DNA from: a virus
Lineage: Duplodnaviria > Caudoviricetes
Length of the DNA stretch: 52,359 nucleotides
Reading direction: 5' to 3' (one strand)
IMG/VR virus record: IMGVR_UViG_3300027365_000018
Coordinates: 1 to 52,359 of that record
Under the pieces are notes generated by a model. That model was not told the DNA's origin and did not search any database. It worked only from the letters and a program-made list of their open reading frames with translations. Positions 46,263-52,359 of this stretch are shown here, in pieces (position 1 is the first letter of the stretch; every line of letters starts with the position of its first letter). Both the position numbers and the translations under genes were made by a program.

Positions 46263-47234
46263 ATGGCACATGAAGCCGCCAACACGGCCCCTGGAGACCA
46301 GGCGCCGGACGAGACGCAGGACAAAGCCACCGACGACTTCGAGTCGCACTTCGCCAGCTTTGCCAGTGGGAATGCCGAGGAGACGCCGCCGGAAGAACCG
46401 GCCGCCGAGTCCGAGCAGCCCGAGAGCGAAGCCGGGGAAGAGCAGGGCGGCCAGCCCAGGGAAGAGGGGCAGAGCGAACCGCCCGCCGAGGAACCGGAGC
46501 TGACCGAGCGCGAGAAGGAGCTACAGGCCCAACTCGAGCGCCTCCAGCAGAGCGAGGCCAGCCAGCGCGGCCGTGTCGGCGCGCTCCAACGCCAGATCAA
46601 CGAATTCAAGCGGCAGCAGCAGGCCCCTCAATCGAGCGGCCAGCCGTCTGCCAGTCAATCCACCCAGCAACCCGCCGGGCAGTCTCAGCAGGAACGTGAC
46701 CAGAAACAGGCCATCGCCGAAGAGGCAGGCAGCGAAGACTGGGAAGCGTTCAAGCAGGACTTCCCCGACATCGCCAATGCGCTCGACGCCCGCTTTGCCG
46801 AACTGAGCCGGCTGGAAGAGCGCGTCAATCAGCGGATCAGCTCTGTCGAGCAATCCGTGCAGCCCATGCAGGAGCAGGCCCATCAGCAGTACCTCGCCGA
46901 TCAGATGCGCGCCCTCGAGGCCCGCCACTCGGATTGGCAGGAGGTCGTGAATGCGCCCGCGTTTCAGGAGTGGCTGCAGCAACAGCCTCAGTGGGTTCAG
47001 GACCAGATGGAGTCCGATAACGCCGACGATGCGTCCGCGCTGCTCGACTTCTACAAGGCCACGTCCCAGCAGGCTGGCAGCGACGATCGTGCCGCCGCCC
47101 AACAGGCGGAGCGCGAGAAGCGCAATCAGCGACTGGCCAACGCGCAAACCCCGACCCGCCGCGGTCCTGCGCAACGCCAGGCCGTCCCCGACGAGTTCGA
47201 GGCGGCATTCAACCACTACGCGAAAAAACGCTAA
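46263..47234 (+). CDS. Putative scaffolding protein
   Basis: Acidic, Q/E-rich coiled coil immediately upstream of the capsid gene. Confidence 0.75.
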   Translation: MAHEAANTAPGDQAPDETQDKATDDFESHFASFASGNAEETPPEEPAAESEQPESEAGEEQGGQPREEGQSEPPAEEPELTEREKELQAQLERLQQSEASQRGRVGALQRQINEFKRQQQAPQSSGQPSASQSTQQPAGQSQQERDQKQAIAEEAGSEDWEAFKQDFPDIANALDARFAELSRLEERVNQRISSVEQSVQPMQEQAHQQYLADQMRALEARHSDWQEVVNAPAFQEWLQQQPQWVQDQMESDNADDASALLDFYKATSQQAGSDDRAAAQQAEREKRNQRLANAQTPTRRGPAQRQAVPDEFEAAFNHYAKKR

Positions 47235-47253
47235 GACCGAGAGGTACTGAGCA

Positions 47254-48246
47254 ATGGCAACGACCACTTACGGCGACATCTCCCAGCGTACTGCCGCCTG
47301 GGCCGCCGCCCAGATGCTGTCCCACGCCGAGCCCATCCTGGTGCTCTCCAAGTTCGGCCAGTCCAAGCCGCTGCCGAAGAACAAGGCCGACACGGTCAAG
47401 TTCCGCCGGCCGATCCCGTTCCCTGCGCTGACTACGCCGCTGACCGAGGGCGTCACTCCGACGGCTCGCCAGATGGCCTACGAAGACGTCACCGTCACCA
47501 TCAAGCAGTGGGGTGACGTGGTCGAGATCACCGACCAGGTGGCCGACTTGGCCGAGGATCCGGTCCTGTCCGATGCCTCAACCCTGTGTGGCGAGCAGGC
47601 CGCCGAGACCATCGAGCTGCAGACCTGGGGCGCGCTCCGTGCCGGCACCAATGTCTTCTACTCGACCGGCTCCAGCCGTGCAGCAGTGGCGGACAAGATC
47701 AGCTTGGCAAAGCAGCGCGCTATCACTCGCTCGCTCAAGGGCAACCGGGCCAAAAAGGTCACCAGCATGGTGTCGGCCTCGCCGAACTATTCAACCGAGC
47801 CGGTGGACGCGGCCTACATCGCATTCGCCCACACCGATCTCGAGGCGGACATCCGCGACATGGTCGGCTTTACCCCGACCGAGAAGTACGGCTCGATGAA
47901 GGCGCTGCCGCACGAGATCGGCAAGGTAGAGGACGTGCGCTACATCCTCAGCCCGGTGCTGACCAAGTGGGAGGATGCCGGCGCTACAACGTCCACCATG
48001 ATCTCCACCAGCGGCACCAATGCCGACGTCTACCCGGTGGTCTACGTGGGCAAGGAGTTCTACGGCCTGATCCCGCTCAAGGGCGCGAATTCCATGCAGC
48101 CCATGGTGCTCAACCCCAACAGCCCGCGCGGCGGCGACCCGCTGGGCCAGCGCGGCACGGTCGGCTGGAAGTCCTACTTCGTGGCCAAGATCCTCAACGA
48201 GGGGTGGGGCGCCCGCCTCGAGTGCGCCGCCAGCGACCTGGCGTAA
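47254..48246 (+). CDS. Major capsid protein (N4-gp56-like family)
   Basis: TTYGDISQRTAA, LTEGVTP, EIGKVE.VR and DPLGQRGTVGWK motifs. Confidence 0.9.
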   Translation: MATTTYGDISQRTAAWAAAQMLSHAEPILVLSKFGQSKPLPKNKADTVKFRRPIPFPALTTPLTEGVTPTARQMAYEDVTVTIKQWGDVVEITDQVADLAEDPVLSDASTLCGEQAAETIELQTWGALRAGTNVFYSTGSSRAAVADKISLAKQRAITRSLKGNRAKKVTSMVSASPNYSTEPVDAAYIAFAHTDLEADIRDMVGFTPTEKYGSMKALPHEIGKVEDVRYILSPVLTKWEDAGATTSTMISTSGTNADVYPVVYVGKEFYGLIPLKGANSMQPMVLNPNSPRGGDPLGQRGTVGWKSYFVAKILNEGWGARLECAASDLA

Positions 48247-48261
48247 CCCGCCACCTGACCG

Positions 48262-48285
48262 AAGCCCGCCACCCGGCGGGCTTTT
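48262..48285 (+). terminator. Intrinsic terminator after the capsid gene
   Basis: AAGCCCGCC-ACCC-GGCGGGCTT-TT. Confidence 0.8.
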
Positions 48286-48315
48286 CCGTTTCTGACATGC
48301 CGTGAGGTATCTCCC

Positions 48316-48723
48316 GTGAGCGACATCAACACCGCCGACATGACCCGTGACGATCTGGAAACCACCGCCAACGACCTGGGCGTGCAATTCCAGAAGAACA
48401 CCGGCGACGACACCCTGCGCAAGCGTATCGACGAGGCACTGGGCAATCCCGCGCAGCCGGCTGCTGAGAGCCACCCGGCAGCACCGGGCGAAGGGAAAAA
48501 CGAGAAGCGCTACAAGGTCATCATTCAGACCAGCGACCAGGACCAGCAGCCGGTCCCCGTCTTCGTCAACGGCCGCTCCTACGTGATCAAGCGCGGCGAA
48601 GAAGTCACCGTGCCGGCCTCCGTGGTCGAGGTGCTCAACAACGCTGTCCAGCACGTCTATGACCCGAGCACGATGAAAGAGCGCACGGTGCTCGCCTACC
48701 CCTTCCAGGCACGCGAGGCCTGA
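48316..48723 (+). CDS. Hypothetical virion-associated protein
   Basis: VPVFVNGRSY.IKRGEEV.VP.SVVEVL.NA motif, typical of the gene following N4-gp56-like capsids. Confidence 0.7.
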   Translation: MSDINTADMTRDDLETTANDLGVQFQKNTGDDTLRKRIDEALGNPAQPAAESHPAAPGEGKNEKRYKVIIQTSDQDQQPVPVFVNGRSYVIKRGEEVTVPASVVEVLNNAVQHVYDPSTMKERTVLAYPFQAREA

Positions 48724-48726
48724 TCC

Positions 48727-49359
48727 ATGACGTTCCTCGAGCTCTGCCAGCGGCTGCGCCAAGAGGTGGGCGCGGCCGGTACCGGCCCGGCGAGCGTCAC
48801 CGGCCAGAACGGCGAGTACGCGCGCCTGATCGACTGGGTGCGGCAGGCATGGCGCGAGATCCAGTCGGAGCGCCGCGGCTGGCGTTTCGACTGGGCCGAG
48901 GGCTCGGTGGAACTGACCGCCGACTTCCGCGACTACTCGCTGCCGGCCGACTTCGACCGCTGGGTCGATGACTCGCTCTACATCGGCGACGACCGGTTGC
49001 GCGTGCTGGATTACGACGACTTCCGCCAGCGCTTCCGCGAGCCCGCCGACGAGCAGACCATCAGCGCCGCGACGATCCTGCCCGACATGACGCTGCGGCT
49101 CAGCCGGGCGCCGACCGCGGACGCCACCCTGGCGTTCGAGTATTACCGCGCGCCCCAGGAGCTGGCCAACGCCAGCGACGTGCCGCGCATGCCGGCGCGC
49201 TTCCACATGTTGATCGTCTACCGCGCGATGATGCAGTACGGCCTGTATGAGGAGGCGCCAGTGGTGGTCCAGCAGGGCAACAGCAACGCCTCGCGCATGA
49301 TCGACGACCTCATGCAGAGCGAGCTGGGCCGCATCGAGATGCCGGAGGCGCTGGCATGA
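48727..49359 (+). CDS. Head-tail adaptor protein
   Basis: MTFLELCQRLRQE..Y.LP.DF..L....DVP.MP.RFH.LIVY.A pattern and position. Confidence 0.7.
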   Translation: MTFLELCQRLRQEVGAAGTGPASVTGQNGEYARLIDWVRQAWREIQSERRGWRFDWAEGSVELTADFRDYSLPADFDRWVDDSLYIGDDRLRVLDYDDFRQRFREPADEQTISAATILPDMTLRLSRAPTADATLAFEYYRAPQELANASDVPRMPARFHMLIVYRAMMQYGLYEEAPVVVQQGNSNASRMIDDLMQSELGRIEMPEALA

Positions 49360-51149
49360 CCGACTCCGCCTACATCCGCCTCGGCGGCGGCATCGACCTC
49401 GTCACGCCGCCGGAGAAACTCTCGCCCGGGGCCGCCATCTACGCCGTCAACTACGAGTGCCCGATCACCGGCGGGTACCGACGCATCGACGGCTACACCC
49501 AGCTCGGCCCGGTCGTGCCCGGCGAGGGGCCGCTGCTCGGCGTGGTGACGTTCAACGACAAGATCCACGCCGTGCGCAAGGACACCGGCGCCGACAGCGC
49601 GACGCTCTACGTGCTGAACACCGGCACCAATGCCTGGGACGTGGTCGGCACCGCCGGGGCGCTCACCAACGGCCGCCACGAGTTCGTCGAGGGCAACGTC
49701 AAGGGCCTGGAGAAGGACCGCGCCCTGTACGGCGTCGGCGGGGGCAAGCCGTTCCAGCTGATGGCCGAGCAGCCGGCGTCGCAGACGTTCGACTCGCTGG
49801 TCGAGCTGACCGCCTACCTGAAAGGCTCGCCGCCCGAGGGCGTCAACTACAGCGCCTCCGGCGACACCTTCACGATCAGCGACGAGGACGGCCGGGCGAT
49901 CACCGGCATCAGCGTCACCGACAAGACGGACGCCTCGCTGACCACCGCGACCGACGTGGCGGCCAATAGCAATGGCACCTCGCAGACCATCGACTTCTCG
50001 AGCGTGACGCTCAATGACGTCGGCTACATCAAGTTCACGGTCGGCAGCGAGCCGCAGACGGTGCTGACCATCCCCGAGCTGGCCAGCCCGTTCACCGAGA
50101 TCACCGCGGCGCAGGCCGGCGCGATCTACATCGCCCTGCACCGCAACCACCTGTTTCTGGGCTACGAGGCCGGCAGCGTCCAGCACTCCAACCTTGGCAA
50201 TCCGATGGCATTCAACGCCGCCACCGGCGGAGCCGGGGAGATCGCCGTGGGGCAGACCGTCACTGGCCTGGTGCCCGGCACCGGCGGCACGCTGCACATC
50301 ATCTGCCGCGACAGCGTGAAGACGCTCTACGGCACGTCGGCGGCCGACTGGCAGCTCAAGGTCACGGTCCCCAACTCCGGCGGCCGGCCGTACAGCGCCC
50401 AGTCGCTGATGCAGCCGTATTTCGTTGCCGAGCGGGGTATCGCCTCGCTCGAGGCCACCAACAACTACGGCGACTTCCGGCCGATGCAGCCCGGCGCCCG
50501 GGTCGAGCCGCTGTTCACCGAGAGCGGCTATGCCACCCGCGTGGTCGCCACCGGAATCAGCAAGAAGCGCGCCCAGTACCGCGTGTGGTTCGACGACGGC
50601 ACCGGCATCTACATGAGCCCGGCGGGCATCACCCGCGTGGACTTCCCCGACCAGGTGGTGGTCGCCCACACCGGCGAGCTGACCGATGGCGAGGAGCAAC
50701 TGCTGATCGGCGACGACGCCGGCTTCGTGCACCGCCTGGGCAACGGCGCCACCTCGTTCAACGGCGCCGACATCGATGCCTTCCTGACGCTGGCCTATAA
50801 CGACCTCGGCAAGCCCAACGTGCGCAAGCGCTACCGCCGGGTGTTCTGGGACCTGCGCTCCGGTTCCAACGCCAGCATCTCGATCAAGGCCGACCTCGAC
50901 TATGGCGGCACCGAGTCCGCCTCGGCACGTCGCGAGTTCCTCGACTTCCTGCAGGGCGGCGGGCTGTGGGATGTCGCCAAGTGGGGCGAGTTCAGTTGGT
51001 CCGTTCCCACGCTCGGCCAGGAGCCCATGGATCTGACCGGCACCGGGGTCTCGATCAACTTCGCCATCTACTCGACGGGCAGCGACCCCAGTCATGAGCT
51101 GCTCGGCTACGACCTGCATTTCGACGTGAGGAGACGCCGCCGTGGCTAA
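49356..51149 (+). CDS. Tail nozzle/DNA stabilization protein
   Basis: 597 aa, beta-rich, GG.DL..P..PG....A.NYE....GGYRRIDG; lies between adaptor and fibre. Confidence 0.65.
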   Translation: MTDSAYIRLGGGIDLVTPPEKLSPGAAIYAVNYECPITGGYRRIDGYTQLGPVVPGEGPLLGVVTFNDKIHAVRKDTGADSATLYVLNTGTNAWDVVGTAGALTNGRHEFVEGNVKGLEKDRALYGVGGGKPFQLMAEQPASQTFDSLVELTAYLKGSPPEGVNYSASGDTFTISDEDGRAITGISVTDKTDASLTTATDVAANSNGTSQTIDFSSVTLNDVGYIKFTVGSEPQTVLTIPELASPFTEITAAQAGAIYIALHRNHLFLGYEAGSVQHSNLGNPMAFNAATGGAGEIAVGQTVTGLVPGTGGTLHIICRDSVKTLYGTSAADWQLKVTVPNSGGRPYSAQSLMQPYFVAERGIASLEATNNYGDFRPMQPGARVEPLFTESGYATRVVATGISKKRAQYRVWFDDGTGIYMSPAGITRVDFPDQVVVAHTGELTDGEEQLLIGDDAGFVHRLGNGATSFNGADIDAFLTLAYNDLGKPNVRKRYRRVFWDLRSGSNASISIKADLDYGGTESASARREFLDFLQGGGLWDVAKWGEFSWSVPTLGQEPMDLTGTGVSINFAIYSTGSDPSHELLGYDLHFDVRRRRRG

Positions 51150-52359
51150 CTCGTACTACGACAACTCGGATGCCGGCCAGCGCTTCCAGCCCGGCACGAC
51201 CGCCAAGGGCAGCGAGGTCGATGCCAAGTTCGATCAGGTGCAGGCCGGGTTCGACGGCACCGAGACCGACACCAATCGCTCGATCAAGCTGCCGAGCGAT
51301 GCCGGCGTCAGCCAGGAGATCACCGAAACGAAGCTCGAGCGGCGGGGCATGGTCGTGGGCTTCGACGCCAATGGCGACCTGGTGCTGAAAACGCCAGGCA
51401 ATTGGCGCGGCGACTGGGCGACCGGCACGGTCTACTACGTCAACGACGTGGTGCGCGACCCGGCGACCGGCGACATCTACTGGGCGCCGCTCAAGCATAC
51501 GTCGAACACCATCGCCAACGATGCCGCCGCCGGCAATCTCGACAAGACCATCGACGTCGCCGAGATCAAGGCGCTGCGTACCGAGGCCCACCACTGGGCC
51601 AGCTACGCCGAGGGCCAGCCGGTGCCCGAGGGCGACGGCACCGAGGAGTCGGCCTACAGCTACTCGCAGAAAGCTGCTGCCGACCGACAGCAGACCAGCG
51701 CAGACCGCACGGCCACCGGCCAGGATCGAACAGCCGTCGCCAACGACAAGCAGACGGTTCTCGGCTACAAGCAGGACGCTGCCACCTCGGCCGCCGCCGC
51801 CGCCGCCAGCTATGACAGCTTTGATGACCGCTACCTAGGCACCAAGGCCAGCGACCCGGCGACCGACAACGATGGGAATGCCCTGCTGGAAGGCGCGCTG
51901 TATTGGAACACGACCTCCAAGCACATGCGCGTCTATGACGGCTCCGCCTGGCAGATCGCCTATGTGCCCATCGGGCAGTATGTGGCTGGTCCCGCATCTG
52001 CCATGGATGGGCACGTTGCGCTGTTCGATGGCGCATCGGGCAAGATCATCAAGGACACGGGGGAGACGCTGACTCGCGCCCTAACCCAAACCCTCACCGC
52101 CCCCTCCCAGGTCGCCGATGTGGCCGACTACACCATCGACGCCTCCGCCACTAGCCGCCAGACCGGGGGCTCGATCGCCTCGTTCGTGGTGACGTGGTGG
52201 GACGGCGTTACCGAAACTATCGCTGCCTCCGGCGGGGCGGCAACGCTGTCCCGTGCCGTCGATCAACCGGTCGGCGGGATAGTGTCGGCGACGGTCCATG
52301 CCGTGGATGATGTGGGCAATATCTCGGCGCGCGAGACCGTGACCGCTGACGTGGTGGCC
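51142..52359 (+). CDS. Tail fibre protein, N-terminal part (runs off window end)
   Basis: GTG at 51142 after GAGGAG, open for 406 codons: MANSYYD.., WRGDWATGTVYYVNDVV, FDDRYLG.K.SDP.TDNDGN.L.EGALYWNT. Missing from the ORF track because no stop is present. Confidence 0.8.
   Translation, partial: MANSYYDNSDAGQRFQPGTTAKGSEVDAKFDQVQAGFDGTETDTNRSIKLPSDAGVSQEITETKLERRGMVVGFDANGDLVLKTPGNWRGDWATGTVYYVNDVVRDPATGDIYWAPLKHTSNTIANDAAAGNLDKTIDVAEIKALRTEAHHWASYAEGQPVPEGDGTEESAYSYSQKAAADRQQTSADRTATGQDRTAVANDKQTVLGYKQDAATSAAAAAASYDSFDDRYLGTKASDPATDNDGNALLEGALYWNTTSKHMRVYDGSAWQIAYVPIGQYVAGPASAMDGHVALFDGASGKIIKDTGETLTRALTQTLTAPSQVADVADYTIDASATSRQTGGSIASFVVTWWDGVTETIAASGGAATLSRAVDQPVGGIVSATVHAVDDVGNISARETVTADVVA

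Noticed and set aside
2248-52359. Second VR / additional DGR target
   Set aside because: I noticed no other copy of the TR sequence by eye; a computational scan would be needed to exclude a diverged one.

Overview
The window is a nearly complete (about 52 kb), GC-rich temperate podovirus-like phage genome. It is in the excised (attP) form and was opened inside its tail-fibre gene. Left to right it holds: the 3' end of a receptor-binding gene diversified by a complete diversity-generating retroelement (VR, hairpin, avd, TR, RT); putative ejection proteins, including a 2453-aa polyvalent protein; attP (3' half of tRNA-Thr-CGT with arm and IHF sites), int and xis; a leftward early region (C5 methyltransferase, RdgC, dUTPase, Gp157, SSB-like, Sak4-like); a lambdoid cI/cro switch with OL/OR operators; O-like initiator and DnaB; nin-like genes and a Q-position gene; two tandem promoter-bearing cassettes; lysis genes; terminase; and head and tail genes. 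Most unusual: (1) TerL is split into two genes, each with an intein in a catalytic motif, and each intein hides its HNH endonuclease as a separate overlapping gene (antisense in one, another frame in the other). (2) An AcrIF6-like/aca2 cassette sits beside a twin cassette encoding an unknown acidic 81-aa protein and an RHH-like regulator, a candidate new anti-defence/Aca pair. (3) C(GNGA)G hairpins recur at late-gene ribosome-binding sites. All family assignments come from motif recognition by eye; no database searches were run.
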